Sequence record: PZ445437.1
Source: a phage
DNA length: 64,000 bases
Direction: 5' to 3' (one strand)
Part shown: piece by piece, positions 30,950 to 41,428 of the stretch
Layout: every line of letters starts with the position of its first letter
How positions within the stretch are numbered: position 1 is the stretch's first letter
Made by a program: the position numbers and the translations under genes
Notes under the pieces: model-generated
What the model was told of the DNA's origin: nothing
What the model saw: the letters and a program-made list of their open reading frames with translations, nothing else
The model's database searches: none

Positions 30950-31404
30950 AGAGAGTCTCTTAATAGGTTTAACACATCAATAAATTCAGCTTCGGTTAGT
31001 ATTGTATCATCTTTTGTTAGATCACTAGCCATGCTGTGCTTCAAAACTTTTCCTTTCGAGGCTTGTAATGCATCACGAAAGCCCTTGTTTTGGATCGCTG
31101 CTTCAAAATATGCATTTGTGTATAATTCTTTCCACGCCGGGGAGTATCTTGAAAACGGAACTCCAAGCCAGAAGAGGGTCCCACGGTCCTGAGCTCTAGC
31201 ATAAGACCTTCCAGCTTGTTGGGCGGCAAGCCCGGATAACCCAAATATACGACGTTGTTGTTCAACATTTTTCACCTTACACCCTTGGAGGAATCCTTCA
31301 AGACCTCCAAATTGAATACCATCCATAACGAAAGGCCATTGGGCGAAATTACTTAATGCACATGATGGCCACCTAAAATTACTTCTAATCTCTAACTCAG
31401 ACAT
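30946..31404 (-). CDS. YbiA/NADAR-family protein (T4 30.3 position)
   Basis: motif ALSNFAQWPFVMDG...EGFLQGCK parallels E. coli YbiA FSNFAAWPIKVDG...EHYFQAQK (recalled); ORF-track start is TTG, first ATG at 31404. Confidence 0.7.
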   Translation of the reverse strand: MSELEIRSNFRWPSCALSNFAQWPFVMDGIQFGGLEGFLQGCKVKNVEQQRRIFGLSGLAAQQAGRSYARAQDRGTLFWLGVPFSRYSPAWKELYTNAYFEAAIQNKGFRDALQASKGKVLKHSMASDLTKDDTILTEAEFIDVLNLLRDSL

Positions 31405-31603
31405 TTTCAATGCTTATAATTTCAACATCAGCCCAATGACCATAGCAAGGAAGACGAAATTCAACTGGCCAGTTAGGGTCCTTTTCTAATATAATAGACT
31501 TAACTTGTGGTTCTTCGTGTTCATCAGTATACGGATTTTTATCTGTTACTTTATATGTGACCTTAATGTACTGAATTCCAAAAATCTTATTAATTATATT
31601 CAT
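31397..31603 (-). CDS. hypothetical protein
   Basis: 68-aa ORF, ATG, translationally coupled in 30.x operon. Confidence 0.6.
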   Translation of the reverse strand: MNIINKIFGIQYIKVTYKVTDKNPYTDEHEEPQVKSIILEKDPNWPVEFRLPCYGHWADVEIISIENV

Positions 31604-31797
31604 ACTAATTCCTTTAATCCGTAGATAGGAGATAATTCATCACCCATACGAAGGTCTTCATTTCCATCTACCCAGGAAACAATATAAGCCTCTTTTATTT
31701 GAATACCACTCCATTTAAATGGAGGTAGAACCTTAGAAATTAATCCAGGTATACCAACTCCCTTTAATTCAACGGTTTGACCTAAAAAGAATTTCAT
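31600..31797 (-). CDS. hypothetical protein
   Basis: 65-aa ORF, ATGA-coupled. Confidence 0.6.
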   Translation of the reverse strand: MKFFLGQTVELKGVGIPGLISKVLPPFKWSGIQIKEAYIVSWVDGNEDLRMGDELSPIYGLKELV

Positions 31798-32084
31798 TAA
31801 AACCTCATCTGAAAACCATGCGATTTAACGTTACCACCGCCAATATCAGAAATATTAATTTCACGCGCAATTGAAGGGTCAATGTCAATTTCACGATTGA
31901 GTTTAGTGATAGCTAAAGTATCGCGCCCATTTACAGTACGGAACTCTAAAGGACAAACCACATCAACGTAGTTTTTAATCGATTCACTAGTAGGCTGCAA
32001 ATGAGCAGGAAGGTCTTTAGGCGCCTTTGAGAAAACCACTTCACAGAAATTTTTGCGGGTATCAAAATAAGTAGTCATAAACAT
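31797..32084 (-). CDS. hypothetical protein
   Basis: 95-aa ORF; GAGGA SD 9 nt upstream of ATG. Confidence 0.65.
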   Translation of the reverse strand: MFMTTYFDTRKNFCEVVFSKAPKDLPAHLQPTSESIKNYVDVVCPLEFRTVNGRDTLAITKLNREIDIDPSIAREINISDIGGGNVKSHGFQMRF

Positions 32085-32101
32085 AATATTTTCCTCAGTA
32101 A

Positions 32102-32128
32102 GGGGCCGAAGCCCCTCATTTTATTTTT
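32102..32128 (+). terminator. plus-oriented terminator-like hairpin inside the minus-strand early operon
   Basis: GGGGC-CGAA-GCCCC followed on the plus strand by TCATTTTATTTTT; on minus strand no U-run. Confidence 0.4.
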
Positions 32129-32492
32129 AAATATCAAATTCGTTAAGAACTACATCAAAGATTGCTTCCAAGTGCTCAGGTTTAGCTTTGTTACTCAGAA
32201 TATGACGAATCCAAGTTTTAACTAAGAGTTTACGATTAGCACCATTCCAGCAAGGATGAGTCCCTAAATCGCGTTGGCGGAAATCATCATCCAGAGCGAT
32301 TTTGAAGTTGGAACCTTTCATCGTGATTGAAACCGTGATACCGTTTTCAAATCGCATATAAACGTAGTTAGGAGTCATATACTGTTCAATTTCGCATACT
32401 GATCCGTTTTGATGTTTCCAGAGGCAAATAGTATCAATAGAACCTGCAATACCATTAGAAACATATTTACGTTCAAAGTTGATGTAGTTCAT
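32127..32492 (-). CDS. hypothetical protein (T4 30.6 position)
   Basis: ORF-track TTG start replaced by ATG 32492 (MNYINFERKY...) with GGAGA SD. Confidence 0.65.
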   Translation of the reverse strand: MNYINFERKYVSNGIAGSIDTICLWKHQNGSVCEIEQYMTPNYVYMRFENGITVSITMKGSNFKIALDDDFRQRDLGTHPCWNGANRKLLVKTWIRHILSNKAKPEHLEAIFDVVLNEFDI

Positions 32493-32528
32493 TTTATTCT
32501 CCAAGATGTTTAATTGCGGTACAGGTAT

Positions 32529-32556
32529 ATAATATCATATCCTGTACCAAAGTAAA
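32529..32556 (-). promoter_or_regulatory. sigma70-type early promoter (TTTACT-16-TATTAT) with 8-bp inverted repeat bracketing -10
   Basis: minus strand GTTTACT...TATTAT; GGTACAGG / CCTGTACC arms at 32518-32525 and 32541-32548. Confidence 0.5.
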
Positions 32557-32559
32557 CAA

Positions 32560-32892
32560 TTATTTTACTACTTTCCAATGCTGCATGTCAAGTTTACCAA
32601 CTTTTTTCATCTTCTCAATTAAGCGTTCTGCACGTTGGCGAGCTGTAACATAATGCCATTCGCCTAATTCATTTTGTTCAATTTTTCCAACGATTACTGT
32701 ATTCAATTCATAAATCCAACCAGTAAAGAAATTATGAACTTGAATTGTAAAGGTGAAATCTGTTCCCATACCTTCTGTTGTTTCTACTTCAATAATATCA
32801 CCTTCAACTGCCATTAAGAACCACATAGTTTCATTATATTTACCATTGAAGCATTTAGTTTTAACTGCAGCGTTCAGATTAATCGTTTTCAT
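32560..32892 (-). CDS. hypothetical protein (T4 30.7 position)
   Basis: 110-aa ORF, ATG with AAGGAG SD. Confidence 0.7.
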   Translation of the reverse strand: MKTINLNAAVKTKCFNGKYNETMWFLMAVEGDIIEVETTEGMGTDFTFTIQVHNFFTGWIYELNTVIVGKIEQNELGEWHYVTARQRAERLIEKMKKVGKLDMQHWKVVK

Positions 32893-32919
32893 TTTATTCT
32901 CCTTTGTTTGTGTAAGATA

Positions 32920-32948
32920 ATACTATCACAAAGGAACTATACTGTAAA
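32920..32948 (-). promoter_or_regulatory. sigma70-type early promoter (TTTACA-17-TAGTAT) with inverted repeat covering spacer and SD
   Basis: minus TGTTTACA gtatagttcctttgtga TAGTAT; arms TCCTTTGT/ACAAAGGA at 32900-32907 and 32928-32935. Confidence 0.5.
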
Positions 32949-32968
32949 CAACTTTATGCAATCTTTGG

Positions 32969-32997
32969 AAAATAAAAAAGGACTCCCGAAGGAGTCC
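32969..32997 (-). terminator. rho-independent terminator (minus strand) after the small basic protein gene
   Basis: GGACTCC-CGAA-GGAGTCC hairpin followed on minus strand by UUUUUUAUU. Confidence 0.65.
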
Positions 32998-33002
32998 TCA
33001 AC

Positions 33003-33221
33003 TTATGCTTTCTGCTTACCAAAACGAGAAGCATCATCTCGAAGAACCGCACGTGCTCGGCGCATGATCTTCTCAACAGTTTGATTGATACGAGAGTTCG
33101 ACCCACGCTTGTAACCAGCGCGTTTAGAATCACCAACTTTCTTTTCAACTGCTTTCTTTGCTTTAACTTGTTTTGCCATTATAAATTCTCTTTTAAATGA
33201 AAATGCAGGACTTATTGGCAT
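33003..33221 (-). CDS. small basic (Lys/Arg-rich) protein (T4 30.8 position); start uncertain (33221 or 33179)
   Basis: ORF with ATG at 33221 and internal ATG 33179 (MAKQVKAKKAVEKKVGDSKRAGYKRGS...). Confidence 0.55.
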   Translation of the reverse strand: MPISPAFSFKREFIMAKQVKAKKAVEKKVGDSKRAGYKRGSNSRINQTVEKIMRRARAVLRDDASRFGKQKA

Positions 33222-33400
33222 TGCCTGCGCAAGCCCTCAAAGGGGTACTTAGGTTTTGAATATTTACCGACAGGATAACCATAAACCTCGTCATCATACC
33301 ACCAAGACTTACACAGATAACACTTTTCTGACGCATGATAGTAACATTCAAGAGGTACACCATAAAACTGCCGGGGTCTTAAAACTATAATGATTCGCAA
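33212..33400 (-). CDS. hypothetical Cys/aromatic-rich small protein (T4 30.9 position), TTG start only
   Basis: 62-aa ORF with no in-frame ATG; start is TTG in ORF track. Confidence 0.35.
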   Translation of the reverse strand: MRIIIVLRPRQFYGVPLECYYHASEKCYLCKSWWYDDEVYGYPVGKYSKPKYPFEGLRRQCQ

Positions 33401-33468
33401 ATCATTAATCAGACAGTTCGATGGCTCCTCGATTTTAGCTCACACTAAGGCAGTGAATCTCCAATAAA

Positions 33469-33717
33469 TTACTTCAATGTTACCACAAAGTGACGAACTG
33501 CTTTTCGTGCAGCAGAAGCCAGAGGCTTAGCATACTTAAGTTCATCTTTTTCCTGAAGCTCAGCAGCTAATGCAGTTTGAGCAGGATTCAGATGTTTGAA
33601 ATAACGCAGGATTTCAAGAGCTTCGGCTTCAACATCAATAGATGCGCCATAGTTTTCGTGACCATTATTCCATGCGTTTCGTTGCAGTTCAAGAGCGTGT
33701 TGTAATTGTTTAATCAT
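33469..33717 (-). CDS. rIII: rIII lysis-inhibition accessory protein
   Basis: 82-aa ORF recognised as T4 rIII (MIKQLQHALELQRNAWNNGHENYGASIDVEAEALEILRYFKHLNP...). Confidence 0.93.
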   Translation of the reverse strand: MIKQLQHALELQRNAWNNGHENYGASIDVEAEALEILRYFKHLNPAQTALAAELQEKDELKYAKPLASAARKAVRHFVVTLK

Positions 33718-33835
33718 TTAAAAATTCTCGTTAGAGATTAAAACTCGGTAGTCACGTTCTTCTGAATTTCATCTTCTTTCGACAGATCTCTCAGTTGTAG
33801 ACTACCACATAGAATTGAAACTCAATTCATATTAT

Positions 33836-33843
33836 TATTTATA
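33836..33843 (-). promoter_or_regulatory. candidate late promoter TATAAATA (minus) upstream of rIII
   Basis: plus TATTTATA immediately after gene 31 stop, ~120 nt upstream of rIII. Confidence 0.4.
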
Positions 33844-34179
33844 TCACTTATAAAGACACGGAATAGCTTTATAGTGACAAGTAACGAATTTTTGTTTAAT
33901 TTCTTTTGGCTGCTTAAGACCCAGAGCTACAAAAGGATGCGGAACATTTCGAATTTGACCAACTGGAAGAGAAGTCAAATCGCCAACTTCGCAGAAACCT
34001 TCAGGAACATCAGGACCAACAGAGTGAACTACACACAGTTCAGGAACTTCACCTTGAACACGTTTACCGATAATAAGTCCTGATTCTGTAACTTCTTCAT
34101 CACCGGCTTGTGCAGGTTCAGAAACTAAAATAACATATTCACCGACAGCACGAATTGGTAGCTGTTGTACTTCAGACAT
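33844..34179 (-). CDS. 31: gp31 co-chaperonin (GroES analogue for gp23 folding)
   Basis: 111-aa ORF recognised as T4 gp31 ([48 protein letters not shown]...). Confidence 0.95.
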
Positions 34180-34209
34180 CGTTTTTCCTTTTTGTTAACA
34201 GATGAATTA

Positions 34210-34234
34210 ATAATAACAAATAATTCTTAAAGCA
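34210..34234 (-). promoter_or_regulatory. candidate MotA-dependent middle promoter for gene 31
   Basis: minus strand aaTGCTTTA (MotA box) - 12 nt - TATTAT. Confidence 0.45.
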
Positions 34235-34235
34235 T

Positions 34236-34544
34236 TTATTTACCAATAAATTGAAGCAAATGCTCAACTTTCATACCATTAACAGAAATCAATTTGTCAA
34301 TAGAAAAACCTCGCCATGCACCAAGCTCAACATCAAACACTGGAATCATGTCAGTAGATTCTTTCCGAGTAGATTCAGTCAATTTACCAGTTTGCATGGT
34401 TGGCATAAAGTCTGCATCACGAGTACCTTTCATAGTACGAATAGTACCATCAGACTTTTCAAAAACTACGTTTGAAACACCCATGGACAATTTAGTTTTC
34501 AAAATTTCACGAATTGCTACTTTCTGCTCAGTTGTCAGTTTCAT
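34236..34544 (-). CDS. hypothetical protein (T4 31.1 position)
   Basis: 102-aa ORF with ATG. Confidence 0.7.
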   Translation of the reverse strand: MKLTTEQKVAIREILKTKLSMGVSNVVFEKSDGTIRTMKGTRDADFMPTMQTGKLTESTRKESTDMIPVFDVELGAWRGFSIDKLISVNGMKVEHLLQFIGK

Positions 34545-34781
34545 TTATTTACCTATTACAGTTTTAATATGAGTTGTTCCACGTTCTTTAAGGGTGGAAA
34601 GTAATTTTTGGCATTTTTCTAAATCAGATTTCCAACTATATGGTCTATCAATACTAGTCCAATCAGTTTTATAATACTGTTTCCATTTAGAGAAAAAATA
34701 TTTCTTATACTCTACAGCAAATGAGATGTTCTCGTTAGAATAAGAACTAATTGCTGTGAGCTTTACCAAACGAAATTTCAT
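34545..34781 (-). CDS. hypothetical protein (T4 31.2 position)
   Basis: 78-aa ORF with ATG. Confidence 0.65.
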   Translation of the reverse strand: MKFRLVKLTAISSYSNENISFAVEYKKYFFSKWKQYYKTDWTSIDRPYSWKSDLEKCQKLLSTLKERGTTHIKTVIGK

Positions 34782-35362
34782 TATTCACCACAGAATTCGT
34801 TGATATTTTCCCAGTTTAACTTATTCAAGTTTTTCTTGGGAACATTAAACACTTCAATACCTGCATTTCGCAGAATATCATCCCAGCCAGGTTTATTTTT
34901 ATCATATGTTTCGCAATAAACCAGCTTTTTAATACCAGATTGAGCTATCGCTTTTGCGCAATCTGGACAAGGAGAAAGTGTTACATACATAGTAGCACCT
35001 TCAATAGAAGAACCATTTCGTGCAGCAAACAAAATTGCATTTAGTTCAGCATGAATTTCATTTTTAGACGACCATTCAGAGTGAGCGCTACGGTGTTCTT
35101 TCGCCAAGACAAAGCGATCAGTTGAACCAAATGATACGCATTCAGGCTTATGGCCTTGGATGATAGTATGTTTAGGTTTATTCAGCAACCAACCTTGCTC
35201 AGCGGCATAATCACAACAGTTCACACCTCCTGCGGGTGAACCGTTATACCCAGTAGAAATAATACGTCCATTCTTTTCAATTACTGCTCCTACCTTCCAG
35301 GAGCAACATTTTGATTCTTGTGATACTAAATATGCAATTTGAAGTACTGTACTCGCTTTCAT
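34781..35362 (-). CDS. cd: dCMP deaminase
   Basis: 193-aa ORF with zinc-deaminase motifs HAELNAI and PCPDCAKAI. Confidence 0.93.
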   Translation of the reverse strand: MKASTVLQIAYLVSQESKCCSWKVGAVIEKNGRIISTGYNGSPAGGVNCCDYAAEQGWLLNKPKHTIIQGHKPECVSFGSTDRFVLAKEHRSAHSEWSSKNEIHAELNAILFAARNGSSIEGATMYVTLSPCPDCAKAIAQSGIKKLVYCETYDKNKPGWDDILRNAGIEVFNVPKKNLNKLNWENINEFCGE

Positions 35363-35697
35363 TTCATAATCACCAGATAAGCAGATTTAGCAGTTTCAAC
35401 ACGATAAATTTCATGACGAAGTTTAGTTATACTTTTAATAACAGAACTAATTATATTCTGTCCGTCTTTAAAGCGGTTTTTCTTATCAATAAAAATTGCG
35501 CCAACCATCTTTTTGTGAAGCTCAACTGGATACTTCGTCACAATAATAGCATCATATACAGAAGGATGAATACTATTTACTAGAGTGTCATTCATTAAAG
35601 TTATTCTAATGAACTGTGCTGTTTCAGAGTCAAGCGCTCTATGATCGCCAGTATCATTTTCAAGACAATTATCAATTATATCAGTTAAATTCATCAT
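35359..35697 (-). CDS. hypothetical protein (cd.1 position)
   Basis: 112-aa ORF, ATG. Confidence 0.65.
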   Translation of the reverse strand: MMNLTDIIDNCLENDTGDHRALDSETAQFIRITLMNDTLVNSIHPSVYDAIIVTKYPVELHKKMVGAIFIDKKNRFKDGQNIISSVIKSITKLRHEIYRVETAKSAYLVIMK

Positions 35698-35933
35698 AGT
35701 ACGCCATACACCCTTTGTGCTTCAACTAATCCATCAAAATCCAGTTTAAGATGCGATATTTGATCGCCATCACCTGGATTCACAATTACTAATACTGAAC
35801 GAGGAGTTTCGGTAATAACACGAACCGATGTTTCAGGAAATCGTTCAGAAACCTTATTTACCAATTCCTGAGCAAATAGTTTAACTTTTTCTTGGAATTC
35901 TTTAACAGTAATTGGTTTTTCACTTAGCAGCAT
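35694..35933 (-). CDS. hypothetical protein (cd.2 position)
   Basis: ORF-track TTG start replaced by ATG 35933 (MLLSEKPITVKEF...) with GAGGA SD. Confidence 0.6.
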   Translation of the reverse strand: MLLSEKPITVKEFQEKVKLFAQELVNKVSERFPETSVRVITETPRSVLVIVNPGDGDQISHLKLDFDGLVEAQRVYGVL

Positions 35934-35994
35934 TTTGTTTTCCTCATTTGTTTGGTAGAGCCATAATATCACAACTCTACCGTAAAGTAAACTA

Positions 35995-36270
35995 TTAAAT
36001 CGCTTTGAATTCCGCAGTTTGAGATTCAAAGCGAATGTCGCCTTTGATAACTAACTCAGCATCAAGACCGAATACGACAATGATATGCGCGGAACCTGGA
36101 TACAGCGTAATGGCAACAGAATCCACCTGGTCTGGAAGCAAAGTGTTTAATACATGAGTCACTTGAGCATGGATTCGAAGCTCGGCTGCGTTATCAAGCT
36201 TTTCAAACATATTATTAGCGATAATTTGACTAAACACTACTTCTACGATTTTAGAATAAGTCGGAAACAT
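35995..36270 (-). CDS. hypothetical protein (cd.3 position)
   Basis: 91-aa ORF, ATG. Confidence 0.65.
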   Translation of the reverse strand: MFPTYSKIVEVVFSQIIANNMFEKLDNAAELRIHAQVTHVLNTLLPDQVDSVAITLYPGSAHIIVVFGLDAELVIKGDIRFESQTAEFKAI

Positions 36271-36272
36271 AT

Positions 36273-36473
36273 TTACCTCACATAATTTTCTTCAAGCCAA
36301 TCAATAACATCCAAAGCGTTATCAAAAGTTGAACCATCTACTTTGTCTTCTGTTTCATAATCAAGAACATCTAAGCCTACTCTTCCGTCAACAATAGGCC
36401 ATAAACAAAATAGATATTTCTTTTCTTTTTCAATTTTATCACAAAGACGATAAATCTTTTCTATGTTATTCAT
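36273..36473 (-). CDS. hypothetical protein (cd.4 position)
   Basis: 66-aa ORF, ATG. Confidence 0.6.
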   Translation of the reverse strand: MNNIEKIYRLCDKIEKEKKYLFCLWPIVDGRVGLDVLDYETEDKVDGSTFDNALDVIDWLEENYVR

Positions 36474-36662
36474 AAGTTTTCCATGGTAAAGGCAGTTTAG
36501 TTTTCTTTACTGTTAGTTCAACATCAGGATTCTTTTCTCTCAATTTAAGACATTCCTCCCAAGCTCTGATTTCACTAGTGAATACACAAAATTGCCCATT
36601 ACTAGTACCGACTAAACCACTATTTACAATAATAATAGCCCAAGTTTCATGATGCCACGCCA

Positions 36663-36663
<1 letters not shown>
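36466..36663 (-). CDS. hypothetical protein (cd.5 position)
   Basis: 65-aa ORF, ATG. Confidence 0.6.
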
Positions 36664-37875
<1,212 letters not shown>

Positions 37876-37879
<4 letters not shown>

Positions 37880-38112
37880 TTATTTTTCTCAACTAATGAT
37901 TGAATATAATCATGCAGGTCTTTAGATGCTTTACCCCACTTATTTTGATATTCATTTTTGAGATTAGCACGTGATTGAGCTAATAAAACATCATTAGTTG
38001 GAGGTAAAGATTCTAACCGCTGAATCTGGCGTCCATAAATCATTGCAGCCATCTCGGATTCATAAATCAATCCTTTGAGATGTTCAAATTGATGCCATGA
38101 AATCATTTGCAT
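37876..38112 (-). CDS. hypothetical protein
   Basis: 78-aa ORF, ATG with AAGAGGA SD. Confidence 0.65.
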
Positions 38113-38402
38113 TTATCCTCTTTTAACTCTTGACGATAATAACATATCATAGTTTTCTGGTCATGTACATATCGTTTTACATCATTAAGCCAAATACGAA
38201 ATTCCTGGGAATCTTCAAATGGCATACCGACCCAAGCTTTACCATCAATAACTTTAACTTGCCAAGATAGTTTAGCTTCGTCATATGACTTTATTTGTAC
38301 AGGCCAGTTAGGATGAACTGTTTCTTTCTTTACTTCTAGAGGCTTTGTCGAACAACCAGCTAGAAGACCAATAGATAATATTACTGCGGATAGTTTAATC
38401 AT
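38103..38402 (-). CDS. outer-membrane lipoprotein, o-spanin (Rz1-like)
   Basis: 99-aa ORF with signal peptide + lipobox LLAGC; overlaps upstream i-spanin; T4 equivalent recalled as pseT.2. Confidence 0.75.
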   Translation of the reverse strand: MIKLSAVILSIGLLAGCSTKPLEVKKETVHPNWPVQIKSYDEAKLSWQVKVIDGKAWVGMPFEDSQEFRIWLNDVKRYVHDQKTMICYYRQELKEDKCK

Positions 38403-38752
38403 TTAGAAAGATCCTGGATGTCTTCTGCGAACTTGTTGAAGGAGTTGTTGATTTGTTTTTCAACCAATCCTGGCTTATGAGCCACCACATCCGCCTTCTT
38501 TGCGTCTTTGCGCAGTTTTTCATTTTCACGCTCAATAGCAGCAATTGCCTCACGATTTTTATTATTCATCGCATCAATATAATTATACTGAATTCGCAAA
38601 TTATTTAATGCTAAAGCGTTTTCATTGGCTGTTTTTGTAATTTCAGTAACTGATGTTTCTAATCTTTCTACCTTATTTTTTAAAATAATAGATGTTCCGC
38701 CCAACGCAATTACAATTAATAACAAGCCTGCTGTCGTATTACTTAATTGCAT
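38399..38752 (-). CDS. i-spanin (Rz-like): N-terminal TM helix + periplasmic coiled coil
   Basis: 117-aa ORF; hydrophobic segment AGLLLIVIALGGTSIIL then heptad-rich region; T4 equivalent recalled as pseT.3. Confidence 0.75.
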   Translation of the reverse strand: MQLSNTTAGLLLIVIALGGTSIILKNKVERLETSVTEITKTANENALALNNLRIQYNYIDAMNNKNREAIAAIERENEKLRKDAKKADVVAHKPGLVEKQINNSFNKFAEDIQDLSK

Positions 38753-39249
38753 AAAGTTTTAATAACCTCTATAATATCGTCTTGAGAAAGACCGTTAATT
38801 AAAATATGATGTTCAGCTGGAGATTTAGAAATTTTAAAGCATGCCGCAACATCTTCTGCCATATCTGATGCACTACGATTTGGATTACTAATTCCAAGAC
38901 GATGTTTTCCCGTCAAAGGATTAACGATGATATAACATTTGCAGCTATTGATATGAACATTAGGCTGAGTCTGATTAATGAATACTTCGCACTCATACTT
39001 AGCGAGTTGATTTTCTAAAAAGACTTTCATCTCCTCAACCGCATCAGGAAGCATATCACGGGCTTGCTCAAGACGACGATTTCGATATTCTTTAATGGTC
39101 GTTTTCCGCTTGACTTGCTTAGCTAAATCTTTCTTAAGATCGGTGATATATCCAACTCGACGATTTCCTTTGAATACAGAAATCCCATCTGTAGTATCAC
39201 CGTATGCTTCAACGACCATTTCAGTAGTAATAAGCTGTAAATCCATCAT
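38743..39249 (-). CDS. alc: Alc, inhibitor of host transcription
   Basis: 168-aa ORF at T4 alc position. Confidence 0.8.
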   Translation of the reverse strand: MMDLQLITTEMVVEAYGDTTDGISVFKGNRRVGYITDLKKDLAKQVKRKTTIKEYRNRRLEQARDMLPDAVEEMKVFLENQLAKYECEVFINQTQPNVHINSCKCYIIVNPLTGKHRLGISNPNRSASDMAEDVAACFKISKSPAEHHILINGLSQDDIIEVIKTLCN

Positions 39250-39277
39250 AAAGTCCTCATGTTATGTCAGTAAAACT

Positions 39278-39306
39278 ACTATAACACAACATGAGGGACT
39301 TGTAAA
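39278..39306 (-). promoter_or_regulatory. sigma70-type early promoter (TTTACA-17-TATAGT) for alc, second copy of duplicated cassette
   Basis: minus GTTTACA agtccctcatgttgtgt TATAGT; 50/54 identical to copy at 23948-24001. Confidence 0.65.
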
Positions 39307-39310
39307 CAGC

Positions 39311-40898
<1,588 letters not shown>

Positions 40899-40906
40899 AA
40901 TAAAAT

Positions 40907-40920
40907 GGGCCTTGCGGCCC
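40907..40920 (-). terminator. hairpin between nrdB stop and denA start (candidate attenuator)
   Basis: GGGCC-TTGC-GGCCC; followed on minus strand by AUUUUAUU and the denA ATG. Confidence 0.4.
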
Positions 40921-40925
40921 ACTCC

Positions 40926-41428
40926 TTAAAAGTATTTTTTAAAACTCATCATAACTTTATCATCAACATCATTATCAATCTGTGCAACAAGGTAAGATGA
41001 CAGTTCTACTTCTTGTGGCGCGGATTGAACATTATCAGAATTAAGATATTCACGAATCCAAGGATATGGATGTTTAACCGGAGCATCGGTAATTGGGCAT
41101 GGAAGACCACACTGTTTCATACGAGATACAGTTAAGTAATCAATAAAGCTCCACATGCTATTTGTATTTAATCCAGGAACATCGCCATCTTTAAATAAAT
41201 GAACTGCCCAATCTTTTTCTTGGCGGTTAACTTCCATAAAAATATCAACTGCTTCTTGTTCACACTCTTTGGCAATTTTAACCCATTCATCGCCGTCAGT
41301 GCCAAGTTGAAGTTGACGAATAATATATTGGGTGCCTTTAAGGTGAAGCTGTTCATCACGTGCAATGAACTTCATAATCTTGGCATTACCTTCCATGATT
41401 TCCATGTTCTTATGGAAGTTAAAGGTAC
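40926..41428 (-). CDS. nrdB: ribonucleotide reductase small subunit NrdB, exon 2
   Basis: C-terminal NrdB sequence (…MEIMEGNAKIMKFIARDEQLHLKG…); exon start inferred so that exon-1 T + GT gives Cys and intron ends in G. Confidence 0.8.
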
